From an uncultured Nitratireductor sp. (GTDB lineage: Bacteria > Pseudomonadota > Alphaproteobacteria > Rhizobiales > Rhizobiaceae): 64,000 nt of DNA. A program made the position numbers and the translations under genes. Positions 21,101 through 28,670 of the stretch are shown here, piece by piece (the first letter of the stretch is position 1; every line of letters begins with the position of its first letter). Location of the stretch: NCBI RefSeq assembly GCF_913053745.1, contig NZ_CAJXGF010000004.1:1157-65156 (forward strand), in the 5' to 3' direction. The notes beneath the pieces were generated by a model. It did not search any database. It had not been told where the DNA came from and saw nothing but the letters and a program-made list of their open reading frames with translations.

Positions 21101-21799
21101 GGTGCGGATCACGGCCACATTGGCCTGATTGTCGACATTGGTGGCGGCAGGGAAGGCCGCCTGGTCGATCTTTGCCTTGATGGTGATATCGATGGCGCGC
21201 TCGGTCAGGCTGCCGTCGCCGTCGAGATCGGCGGCGGACAGGTGAAAATCCGACTGGGTGAGCGTGTCGTCCAGGGTACCGGTCGTGCTGACCACATGGG
21301 GTGGAACGGCTCCGCCGCCAGCACCGATGATATCGCCGCTGAACGTGGCGTCGACAATCGCCAGATTGGCGGGAAGCTGATCGGTAAACTCGAAGGTTAC
21401 ATTGGTGAGGAATGCGTCGAGGCCTGGGTGCGCGATCATGTCGGGCGTGCCGCGCACGCCGAGGCGCAGGCGATATTCCACATAATCGCAGTTGAGCTGC
21501 GTTCCGCGCTTTTCGAGGAAAGGCGTCAGGTCGGGCTCGGTTTCCGGCTCCAACGGTTCAAGCTCGATGCGTGGGCCTTCGGCGTCGCCCGGCGTTTCGA
21601 GAACCTCAAGCTCCTCGATCGTCCGGTCCTGTGCTCTGGCCTGATTGATGCCGGAAAGCGGTATGAACGCGGTGGAGAGCGCCATGCCCGCCACCAGCAG
21701 CCAGCGCGGCGAGCGCGCTTTTTCTGCAAGGGGTTTCATGATCGTCTCCATGACATTGTTGACCGTCAGCCGGTCGGCGGGAATTGTGAACATGTTCAT
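18128..21799 (-). CDS. Large secreted multidomain protein: four DUF11-like Cys-bracketed modules plus a Cys-rich tandem-repeat tail
   Basis: GGAGG lies 5 nt before the ATG at 21799. An alternative ATG at 21739 (GGAG Shine-Dalgarno) sits directly before signal peptide MKPLAEKARSPRWLLVAGMALSTAFIPLSGINQARA-Q. Contains a poly-Pro stretch, four ~90-aa repeats of the form (I/V)xK..C..C.(I/V).(I/V).N.G...W.C...C, then CPxGTTGxxPNC repeats. Confidence 0.85.
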   Translation of the reverse strand: MNMFTIPADRLTVNNVMETIMKPLAEKARSPRWLLVAGMALSTAFIPLSGINQARAQDRTIEELEVLETPGDAEGPRIELEPLEPETEPDLTPFLEKRGTQLNCDYVEYRLRLGVRGTPDMIAHPGLDAFLTNVTFEFTDQLPANLAIVDATFSGDIIGAGGGAVPPHVVSTTGTLDDTLTQSDFHLSAADLDGDGSLTERAIDITIKAKIDQAAFPAATNVDNQANVAVIRTATGGLVATIPSHDPALPDDGDWKTGDPTAIIIDVTDCDPPPPPPPPGDGPEEACFSVETGEVDCLPGGGAYIYRMDVGPEMAGNVVTVTSTTPGITIDPPSQAVPAGGGTLEWEITGALPGDTVHLIVTSIETYAGPAEGVGLCCSQVVDIEIPEDLECPPDDEGEPDIKVEKRADEAECEIDGSCDFTIRVSNAGDAPYTSKIVLDEVTTPGNAAVVSGPNAPWTCVPMMSPMSCEHPETTLNPGEFVELKLGFQPGPAWSWSAIRNCAAYDYTASGKDPFGDPTNDKACATIAICLPGDPACTPPENDIPDIAVRKRAEPTVCTPDGLCTYVVTIINAGAAPINGPVSFVDTFPAGDVASASFSPSPPWSCAPLAGNTFQCDHPGLNLVPGASTDILVTTIVGDYPTNEVENCAKVTALEGETNLANNEACATATIPGIPGGQPQMRIQKTCEPTVSLAEGVACRITVSNAGTAAPVGPVRVNDAAEIIGSGAPVDIQTVTPDGPEWSCGAVPAANLTCEIPGAVMTPGTARHFDVTVNVSPNERFENCARGSFGPAPGDDIVYPIGEACAQGGTRITVEKTGDAECLLGQPCTFQITIRNEGPSSISGPVRIGDALRVEGFGGVPARIVSVNPPFGCSPEPTELPFACEADLTLASGESRTHEVVVELPEDGGLANAVGNGASGRNCAAVIDRGADVRTAPSLSGAPDGTGDGRAYDCHDFTVLADEDEDQQCSPGLVLNNDGRCVCPEGTTFRNGQCVGTQTAPVPLPTPRPTPPREPDPKPQADPRPQCRLLPGQIRTRDGRCVCPRGTRLQNGRCVKPQIERECPRGTTGTPPNCRPIRQQCRLLPGMIRTQDGRCVCPRGTRLVAGACRKPEVQRQCPPGTTGRYPNCAPIVRPRCPRGTTGTFPNCRPVVQRRCPQGTTGRYPNCRPIVQRRCPPGTTGKYPNCRQIRVAPPTNRVPRQQLDRPLRINPQILRPRDRSNQLQ
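18245..18721 (-). repeat. Nested in-frame coding tandem repeats (57-bp unit within a ~162-bp unit)
   Basis: Four consecutive CPxGTTGxxPNC(R/A)P(I/V)V.RR units (19 aa) at 18245-18451. Two larger units, CRLLPG.IRT.DGRCVCPRGTRL..G.C.KP....(E/Q) plus CPxGTTG..PNC, span 18395-18721. By eye, DNA copies 18497-18561 and 18658-18722 match at most positions. Confidence 0.85.
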
Positions 21800-21810
21800 C
21801 TCTCCCTCCC

Positions 21811-23802
21811 TCACGGCGCACAGGATTCAAGCGGCGTTTCAAGCGGCAACGTCACCTTGCAACAGGGGAAGTAGCCACCCGCCTCGGCATCGGACTTTCT
21901 GTAGAAGCACAGGCCGAGATCGACGGTTTCGCCGGGAATGTGGCCATTGATGCCGAGTGTGAACGGCGTGGCCAGACCGGGGACCGTCTGCTTGGACGGG
22001 GAAACGCCGACGCCGGGCGTCAGCGATTTCGCGGAAAGCGAATCGCCACCGATGCCGGCGCGGTCATGGATGTAGAGATCGGCTTCAAGCCCTGCGGGCG
22101 TACAGAAATACGCCGCCGTCTCCAGCTCGATACAGGGCGGGATATCGTTGGGCGGCGGGAAGCCGGGCGGCCAGCCGGGGACGGGAATGTCACCCGGATA
22201 GGGGATAGGCTCGTAGTAGCCGGCGCGGCCCTCGCAGGGACGCCAGACCTCCACGTCGCCGACATGCCCCTTGACCTCGGGGTCTTCGAAGAAGCCGTCG
22301 TAATCGGCAAACCACGAGCCGAAGGGCGGTTCGTTTTTTGGCCGCACGAGCGTGCTTCTCGTAAGCTGCACACCATGAACGGCGAGCGGCCCGCCCTCGA
22401 TGAGCTGCTCTTCAAGGGCAGGGTTGTCGCGCAGCCTGTCGCCGGTTTTCACCAGCGTGGCCGCGCAGGCATTGCGGTTGAAGAAGCCTTCGGCGTCATA
22501 ACCATATTGCAGGTCGATGCCGCCGGCTCCCTGTCGGTATGGTTCGGGAAAACCGACCGCATATTCCTGCGGTGCCGGCACCCAGACGCTTTCGGTTTCG
22601 GGATCGTCGGGGCTTTCGCGCCAGTAGCGCAGCACCGATGCCTCTCCGCTGTCGGCAAAGCTCGAATAGTCGTAGCGGTTTTCAACTTCGCCGCGCTGGG
22701 CGAGATACATGAAACCGCGCGTGTCGAAAGCAATGTCGGTGACGGGGAGGTCTTCCTCCGCCTCCACCGTCAGCTCCCAGCGCGGGTCGCCGGCGAACGT
22801 GCCGTCGCGAGCGATGCCCACGGACCAGATTTCCGCTTCCTCGCCAACGGCGTAGTAGAGGCGTCCACCGTGCATGGAGAGGCCATGAACGCGGCGCTCT
22901 TCCTGCGTGTAGCCCCAGCTTTTCGGCTCTTCCGCGTCGAAGGCAGCGCCCTGAATGTCCATCACGGCGCCATCGTCGGCCACGGGATCGAGCCCGCGTG
23001 CCGCCCTTCCGTCCACGCCATGATCGAACGTGTCGATGAGATTGCCGTCGATGTCGATGCGGTGAATGAGGCCGCTGTCGAGATCGGAAGCGAAGAACTG
23101 GCGATGCGACCGGTCGAAGGCGATGTTGCCGATGCCGGGGCCGCTGTTCGTGTCGATATTGGCAAACAGGGTCACGGCGCCGGTGATGCCGTCAATCTTC
23201 CAGATCGAACCGGGACCGCCGCCATTCTTCTCGCCGAACTGCCCGTCCATGAAGCGCGCGCCGGCTTCGCCGCGGCGCTGCCGTTCGGGCCGCCCGTCCT
23301 CGTCGGCGTCTTCCGTGACGATCTGGAGGCCGTGCAGGGACGTGGCGGCGGCGTAAAGGTTCGGCACGATGGCCGTTGTCTCTTCACGCTTGCCGTCATC
23401 GTATGCAAGGCCGAACACCTGGCCGATTTCGGCGGCCGGCACTTCGAAGGGCGGCGGCGTAAAAACCACCTGTCCGCTGGGCGGGGCGCCGAGCCAGGTC
23501 ATGTCGAAGATGCGCAGCGAAGCGCGCTCGGTGTCGATGAAGGTTTCGTCCACCGGGTCGACGCCGGGGAGCAGTCCCTCCTCGAAGCCGGGAATATGTG
23601 TGCCCGGGAAACCGGTCACGGCCATGAAGCCCGGTTGGATGATTGCGTTTTCCTGCGCGCTTGCCGGCGCGTTCGATGAAATTCCCGCCATCACGGCGAG
23701 CGCTATGGCCGCGGTGCTTTCAAGAAAATGTCTGGCGATTGTGCCAGAGTGACGTGGTGCGTTTCTGCCGCACCGTGTCGGGAACTGCCGGTTTTGCCCC
23801 AT
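21811..23802 (-). CDS. Secreted hypothetical protein (663 aa) sharing a C-terminal Cys-containing domain with the downstream large protein
   Basis: ATG at 23802 lies 6 nt after GGGAGG. Signal peptide ...STAAIALAVMAGISSNAPASA-QE. Its stop overlaps the downstream ORF. I recognise no named family. Confidence 0.8.
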   Translation of the reverse strand: MGQNRQFPTRCGRNAPRHSGTIARHFLESTAAIALAVMAGISSNAPASAQENAIIQPGFMAVTGFPGTHIPGFEEGLLPGVDPVDETFIDTERASLRIFDMTWLGAPPSGQVVFTPPPFEVPAAEIGQVFGLAYDDGKREETTAIVPNLYAAATSLHGLQIVTEDADEDGRPERQRRGEAGARFMDGQFGEKNGGGPGSIWKIDGITGAVTLFANIDTNSGPGIGNIAFDRSHRQFFASDLDSGLIHRIDIDGNLIDTFDHGVDGRAARGLDPVADDGAVMDIQGAAFDAEEPKSWGYTQEERRVHGLSMHGGRLYYAVGEEAEIWSVGIARDGTFAGDPRWELTVEAEEDLPVTDIAFDTRGFMYLAQRGEVENRYDYSSFADSGEASVLRYWRESPDDPETESVWVPAPQEYAVGFPEPYRQGAGGIDLQYGYDAEGFFNRNACAATLVKTGDRLRDNPALEEQLIEGGPLAVHGVQLTRSTLVRPKNEPPFGSWFADYDGFFEDPEVKGHVGDVEVWRPCEGRAGYYEPIPYPGDIPVPGWPPGFPPPNDIPPCIELETAAYFCTPAGLEADLYIHDRAGIGGDSLSAKSLTPGVGVSPSKQTVPGLATPFTLGINGHIPGETVDLGLCFYRKSDAEAGGYFPCCKVTLPLETPLESCAP

Positions 23803-24268
23803 GCCTTGCCTCCCGAAACCGTTTCGGAAGGCTGCCGGATGGGCGTCATTTTCGCGCCCGGTCCCTGTTGTTCCGGTGTATCCCCCCGAAGCGAGGTTCT
23901 TTTCAACCCCGTCGCCGTTGAACCTACGCCTCGGCTTACCCAAGGTCAACAAAACCGCCCCGGCCATAAGCCGTGGCGGCTCCAGCGACCGTTTGCATTC
24001 GATATGCCGTGTCATCACAACACTCCTTTCCGGGTGCGCACCATGCGTACCCTGCAGGGTTTGTCGGACGAGGCTGTGAAAAGGTTCACACTGGAAACCG
24101 GCCGAATGCCGGTAGACGAAGGCAAATCCGTCCCTCGGGCGCATTCCCGGGATCTGTATTCTGAGACCTGTTCCCACGGGTCGGCAAATGGACTAGCTTT
24201 CGAAGGATTGGGGGAAAAGCGATGAACCGGAACGTCCCGTCGCGCGACACAGTCTCGAAGGGCCGGTT

Positions 24269-24841
24269 ATGAGCGGTGCTGCGGACCAGATGTCCGACGC
24301 AGAACTTGTGGCCAGAACGGCGCGCGGCGAACGGACTGCGCTGAGGCTCTTGTTCATGCGGCATCACACGCGCGTCTACCGCTTCGTGGTGCGCCAGACG
24401 GGATCGGAGACCATGGCGGAAGAAATCGCGAATGAAGTGTTTCTGGAGGTGTGGCGCCAGGCGCCACGCTTCGAGGCACGCTCGCAGGTTTCCACCTGGC
24501 TTCTCGGCATTGCGCGGTTCAAGGCGCTTTCGGCGTTGCGCAAACGCAAAGAGAAGGCTCTGGAAGAGGGGCAGGCCGAGGCCGTCGCCGACAGCGCGGA
24601 TACGCCGGAAGTCTCGGCGATGAAGGAGGACAAGGCGACGGCGCTGCGCGGTTTCGTCAACCATTTGTCGGAAGAGCACCGCACGGTGGTCGACCTTGCC
24701 TATTACCATGGCAAGTCGGTGACCGAGATTGGCGAGATCCTTTCCGTGCCCATCGCCACCGTGAAAACCAGGATGTTTTACGCACGCAAGAAGCTTGGAG
24801 AAGCCTTGCAGGCGGCAGGATACGATCGAGGCTGGCCATGA
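24269..24841 (+). CDS. ECF-type RNA polymerase sigma factor
   Basis: Region 2 (LLFMRHHTRVYRFVVRQTGSETMAEEIANEVFLEVWRQA..FEARSQVSTWLLGIARFKAL) and region 4 (VVDLAYYHGKSVTEIGEILSVPIATVKTRMFYARKKL). Confidence 0.92.
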   Translation: MSGAADQMSDAELVARTARGERTALRLLFMRHHTRVYRFVVRQTGSETMAEEIANEVFLEVWRQAPRFEARSQVSTWLLGIARFKALSALRKRKEKALEEGQAEAVADSADTPEVSAMKEDKATALRGFVNHLSEEHRTVVDLAYYHGKSVTEIGEILSVPIATVKTRMFYARKKLGEALQAAGYDRGWP

Positions 24842-25494
24842 GCGAGAACCCACAATCGAACCGCCGCGACCGGCTGGAGGCGCTGTTGCCGTTCTTTCTG
24901 AATGGCACACTCTCCGGGGCGGAACTGCGCGAAGTGGAGGAATGGCTCGCCTCTGATCCACAGGCAATGGCCTCGCTGGCCGAAGCCGAAGGCGAGTATT
25001 CCGCAACCCTTGCCGACAATGAGGCGATCCGCCCGACGGACGATGCATTGGCGCGCTTTTCAGAAGCGTTGGCTGAAGAGGCTGGGCCGGAAAAGATGGC
25101 AAAGCCCGCATTTAGGGAGCGGCTTGCCCGCATTCTGCCCGCGTTTCCGGTTCAGGCTGCCTGGGTGGCTGCGGGTCTGGCGCTCGCCATTTTGGTGGGG
25201 CAGACCGTGTGGCTCGGTCTATCGCAGACGGAGCAATACTCCGTCGCCGGCGCGGAGGATGATGATGCACCCTTCGCCTTCGTGACCTTTACAGCGGAAG
25301 CCTCGATGGCCGATGTCTCGGCGTTGCTGGACGAAAGCGAAGTCGAGATTGCTGCCGGGCCGCTGCCGGACGGACTCTACCGGGTGCTTATCCCGGCCGA
25401 AACGGCCGCACAATACGATGAGATCGTTGCCGGGCTGGAGCGGGCCGGTGTGGTGGAAACCGTTGTGACGGGGCGTAAACCTGGTGATGAATAG
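24838..25494 (+). CDS. Anti-sigma factor (single-pass membrane protein, no zinc-binding Cys motif)
   Basis: ATGA overlap with the sigma gene. N-terminal anti-sigma-like helix bundle (LEALLPFFLNGTLSGAELREVEEWLASDPQ), one TM helix (AAWVAAGLALAILVGQTVWLGL), and a ~90-aa periplasmic tail. Confidence 0.75.
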   Translation: MSENPQSNRRDRLEALLPFFLNGTLSGAELREVEEWLASDPQAMASLAEAEGEYSATLADNEAIRPTDDALARFSEALAEEAGPEKMAKPAFRERLARILPAFPVQAAWVAAGLALAILVGQTVWLGLSQTEQYSVAGAEDDDAPFAFVTFTAEASMADVSALLDESEVEIAAGPLPDGLYRVLIPAETAAQYDEIVAGLERAGVVETVVTGRKPGDE

Positions 25495-26908
25495 GGCTTT
25501 CACGCGTATATTGAGCGGTGTCGTGCTTGCCGTTTTTCTGGAGGGCCCCGTGTTCGCCCAAACCGCGTCGCCAAACGGATCGGCGCGGACGCTCGTGGCG
25601 AACGGAGTGCGTGAGGATGCGGCAGCGGGCGAGCGCCATGTGATCTATCTGCCCGAAATGCTGGCCGAGCTATTCGGGCCCGGAATTGGCAGCGACGCCT
25701 CCGCGCGCTCTTCTGCGCCCCCGGCTGCCGATGCCGCTGCGACAAACGGGGATCCGGCAAATCCGAACAGCGACGGAGCGGCCGCGTCGGTATCCGTATC
25801 TGCCAGCGCAGGGTCGTTTGCGCGGCCGGTTGAGCCGCAGCGGGCCATTTCGGGCGCCATCGTGCCGGACGAAGTGCTGGTCACCCTGGCTGGTGACGAG
25901 GGGGTGGTCAACGCGGTCGCCGCGCAATTCGGACTGGAGGTGCGTTCCGCCCGCGCTTCGACACTTCTTGGCCGCACCGTTGCACGCCTTGGCATCCCCG
26001 ATGGGCGTCCTGTGGGGTTCGTGCTCGCTCAGCTTGCCGGCGACGGTCGGCTGGCCGATCGTGTGCCAAATCATCTGTTCGAACTACAGCAGGCGGCGGG
26101 CGTGGTGAATTACGCCTTCGAACGCATCGCACTCGATGCCGGTGTCGTGAGTGGAGAGAATGTAAGCGTCGCGGTGATCGACACCAGCTTCGACGAGGAG
26201 CATCCCGCTCTCAAGGGACGCATCGCAGGCACGTTCGATGCGCTCCCGAATATGGCTGTGAACGACCGTGATCATGGCACGTCCATTTCCGGCCTAATCG
26301 CTGGCGATGGACCGTTTCGGGGAATCGCGCCGGGCGTTCGCCTGCTCCATGCACGGGCTTTCGAGAGCGGTGTGTCGAGCACCGACGTCCTTCTTGCCGC
26401 CCTCGATTGGGCAGTGGAAGAGGGCGCGCAGATCGTGAATATGAGCTTTGTCGGGCCGGAGAACCCGCTCTTTTCCGCAGCCTGTCGCAATGCGGTTGCG
26501 CGCGGCGTGGTGCTTGTTGCGGCAGCCGGGAACAACGGGCCGAATGCGCCGTTCGGTTATCCTGCCGCCTATGAGAGTGTCATCGCCGTGACGGCGACCG
26601 ACGTTCGCGACAAGCTTATGGGCAAGGCCAATCGCGGCCGCTACATCGATCTATCGGCGCCGGGCGTAAACGTGGTTGCGCCCATTTCCGGCGGCATCGA
26701 TGTTGTGACGGGCACCTCTTTTGCGGCCGCCGTCGTTTCCGGTGCGATTGCCAATCTCATGCATGCCGGTGAGGACGCAACGCCGGAAGCGCTGGCCGAA
26801 CTGCTGCGGACCACCGCCGTGGATCTCGGTGTGCCGGGCCGGGATGAGGATTTCGGAGATGGGTTGCTGAATGCCAAGGCGGCCATGGAGGCACGTGTCG
26901 AAGATTAG
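25487..26908 (+). CDS. S8 family serine peptidase (subtilase) with signal peptide and N-terminal pro-region
   Basis: Signal peptide MNRAFTRILSGVVLAVFLEGPVFA-Q. Catalytic triad contexts VAVIDTSFD, DHGTSISGLIAG, GTSFAAAVVSG. Overlaps the anti-sigma stop by 8 nt (GTG at 25484 is an alternative start). Confidence 0.9.
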   Translation: MNRAFTRILSGVVLAVFLEGPVFAQTASPNGSARTLVANGVREDAAAGERHVIYLPEMLAELFGPGIGSDASARSSAPPAADAAATNGDPANPNSDGAAASVSVSASAGSFARPVEPQRAISGAIVPDEVLVTLAGDEGVVNAVAAQFGLEVRSARASTLLGRTVARLGIPDGRPVGFVLAQLAGDGRLADRVPNHLFELQQAAGVVNYAFERIALDAGVVSGENVSVAVIDTSFDEEHPALKGRIAGTFDALPNMAVNDRDHGTSISGLIAGDGPFRGIAPGVRLLHARAFESGVSSTDVLLAALDWAVEEGAQIVNMSFVGPENPLFSAACRNAVARGVVLVAAAGNNGPNAPFGYPAAYESVIAVTATDVRDKLMGKANRGRYIDLSAPGVNVVAPISGGIDVVTGTSFAAAVVSGAIANLMHAGEDATPEALAELLRTTAVDLGVPGRDEDFGDGLLNAKAAMEARVED

Positions 26909-26919
26909 GTTTTCTCGTT

Positions 26920-27690
26920 TTATCGGGCGAGATCGACGGGCGCGATGATTGGGCCCTTCTTGTCGCGTGTGCGATGGGCCGCCACCCCGTAGATCTCCGC
27001 CAGATACCGGTCCGAAAGCACCGTTTCCGGCGCGCCGAACGCTGCAAGTTTTCCTTGGTTCAAGAGCAAGACCCGATCACACCAGCGGGCGGCGAGCGTC
27101 AGGTCGTGCAGTGAGACCAGTGTTGTGCGCCCTTCGGCTGCAAGCCGGTTCAGCGATTGCATAAGTGTGATCTGGTGCGCCGGGTCGAGGCCGGAGGCCG
27201 GTTCGTCGGCGATGAGGAGAGGGGTTGCCTGCGCAACGGCGCGTGCCATCAGCACACGCGCCTGTTCGCCGCCGGAAAGCTCGGTGGCAATCCGGTGGGC
27301 GAGCGGAGTGACATCGGTCATCTCCATTGCGCGGGCGATGGCGCTTTCGTCTTCGTCGCCGGCGCGGCGACCGAAGGCACGCCATGGCAAGCGGCCCAGC
27401 GCCACGAGATCGCGCACGGTGAGACGCCAGCCGATGATGCGCTGCTGCGGCAGATAGGCGATAAGGCGGGCTCGTTCGGCCGGGCCGACAGAGGCGAGAT
27501 CGTGCTCGCCGAGCCGCATGGTGCCGTGAGCGGCCAGATGCCCGGTGAGCGCGCGCATCAGCGTGGACTTGCCCGCGCCGTTCGGGCCGAGCAGGCCGAT
27601 CACGTGACCGGCCTCTATATCGAAACCGATGCCATCGATCACGCGTCTGCCGCCGAGCGTTACGCCGAGATTGTCGACCTGGAGCCTCAT
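26920..27690 (-). CDS. ABC transporter ATP-binding protein (FecE/BtuD type)
   Basis: Walker A GPNGAGKST, signature LSGGEQ, Walker B LLIADEP. Its start shares 1 nt with the permease stop. The 604-aa track ORF is a read-through extension. Confidence 0.9.
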   Translation of the reverse strand: MRLQVDNLGVTLGGRRVIDGIGFDIEAGHVIGLLGPNGAGKSTLMRALTGHLAAHGTMRLGEHDLASVGPAERARLIAYLPQQRIIGWRLTVRDLVALGRLPWRAFGRRAGDEDESAIARAMEMTDVTPLAHRIATELSGGEQARVLMARAVAQATPLLIADEPASGLDPAHQITLMQSLNRLAAEGRTTLVSLHDLTLAARWCDRVLLLNQGKLAAFGAPETVLSDRYLAEIYGVAAHRTRDKKGPIIAPVDLAR

Positions 27691-28670
27691 CACAACATCT
27701 CCCGGCGGGCGCGCATGACAAGCCACAAGAAGAAGGGTGCGCCGATCAATGCCGTCAGAACCCCGACATTCAATTCGCCGGCCGGAAGAACCACGCGCGC
27801 GGCGATGTCGGCAGCCAGAAGCAGCGCCGCGCCGCCAAGACCCGCCGGCAGCAAAAGGCTGCTCGGCATGCGGTTGGTGAGCGGACGGACCAGGTGCGGC
27901 ACCACCAGTCCGATAAAGCCGATGGTGCCGGAAACGGCGGTTGCTGCGCCCACCGAAAGTGCGACGCCGGCGACGATCAAAACGCGTGCGCGGCCCATAT
28001 GAATGCCGAGATTGGCGGCGGCTTCCTCGCCGAGCGACAGCGCATCGATGGCGCGGGCCGAAACGGCAATAAGCAACCATCCCGCGACCATGAGGGGCAG
28101 GGCGAGCATCACATGCTCGATGGAGCGGTCCTTTAGGGAGCCGAGCAACCAAAAGACGATTTCGTAAGCGGCAAAAGGGTTGGGAGAGAGGTTGAGGACC
28201 AGAGAGGTTAGCGCGCCGGCAAGGCTCGACAGGGCAATGCCGGCAAGGATGAGCGTCAGCGTGGAGCCTTGCCGCGACGCGATTGCAAGCAGGATGAGCA
28301 CGGCCAAAAATGCGCCGATCAGCGCACCGGCGGGCAGGGCATAGAGCGAGCTTCCGGCAAGTCCGGAGTAAAACATGACAACGGCGCCGAGGGCGGCCAT
28401 GGATGACACGCCGATCACGCCGGGTTCGGCGAGCGGGTTGCGCAGAAATCCCTGCAGCACCGCGCCGGAGAGACCGAGCGAAACGCCGATTGCGAGACCG
28501 AGAACGGCGCGCGGCAGGCGAATTTCGCGCATGATGATGGAGGCCGCTTCGCCACCGCCGGCGAGAAGTCCGGCAATGCTGTTTCCGATCCCAAGCTCGG
28601 CCGGCCCGACCAGCAGCGACAGGACGAAGAGCGCAAGGGTGAGAAGTGTAAGCGAGACGGAAAGCTTCAT
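27690..28670 (-). CDS. FecCD-family ABC permease (BtuC-like)
   Basis: MKLSVSLTLLTLALF...REIRLPRAVLGLAIGVSLGLSGAVLQG...GTIGFIGLVVPH, typical FecCD motifs. Confidence 0.9.
   Translation of the reverse strand: MKLSVSLTLLTLALFVLSLLVGPAELGIGNSIAGLLAGGGEAASIIMREIRLPRAVLGLAIGVSLGLSGAVLQGFLRNPLAEPGVIGVSSMAALGAVVMFYSGLAGSSLYALPAGALIGAFLAVLILLAIASRQGSTLTLILAGIALSSLAGALTSLVLNLSPNPFAAYEIVFWLLGSLKDRSIEHVMLALPLMVAGWLLIAVSARAIDALSLGEEAAANLGIHMGRARVLIVAGVALSVGAATAVSGTIGFIGLVVPHLVRPLTNRMPSSLLLPAGLGGAALLLAADIAARVVLPAGELNVGVLTALIGAPFFLWLVMRARREML

Noticed and set aside
17996-21874. 428-aa and 792-aa plus-strand ORFs (17996-19282, 19496-21874), plus many 60-170-aa ORFs in this interval
   Set aside because: They are antisense to or out of frame with the 1220-aa repeat protein. 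Only the minus-strand frame shows a signal peptide, periodic domain repeats and conserved Cys spacing.
21940-23679. 579-aa plus-strand ORF
   Set aside because: It is antisense to the 663-aa secreted protein gene and has no Shine-Dalgarno or motif support.
23803-24177. 125-codon N-terminal extension of the 788-aa track ORF
   Set aside because: A GGGAGG Shine-Dalgarno lies 6 nt before the ATG at 23802, and a signal peptide follows. The extension has no features and would bury the signal peptide.
24086-25111. 341-aa minus-strand ORF
   Set aside because: It is antisense to the ECF sigma and anti-sigma genes, which have clear region 2/4 motifs.
17853-26908. Classical tRNA-integrated genomic island
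   Set aside because: No integrase, transposase, conjugation or phage genes are present. I could not see a direct repeat of the tRNA 3' end in the window. It is kept only as a weak possibility in the findings.
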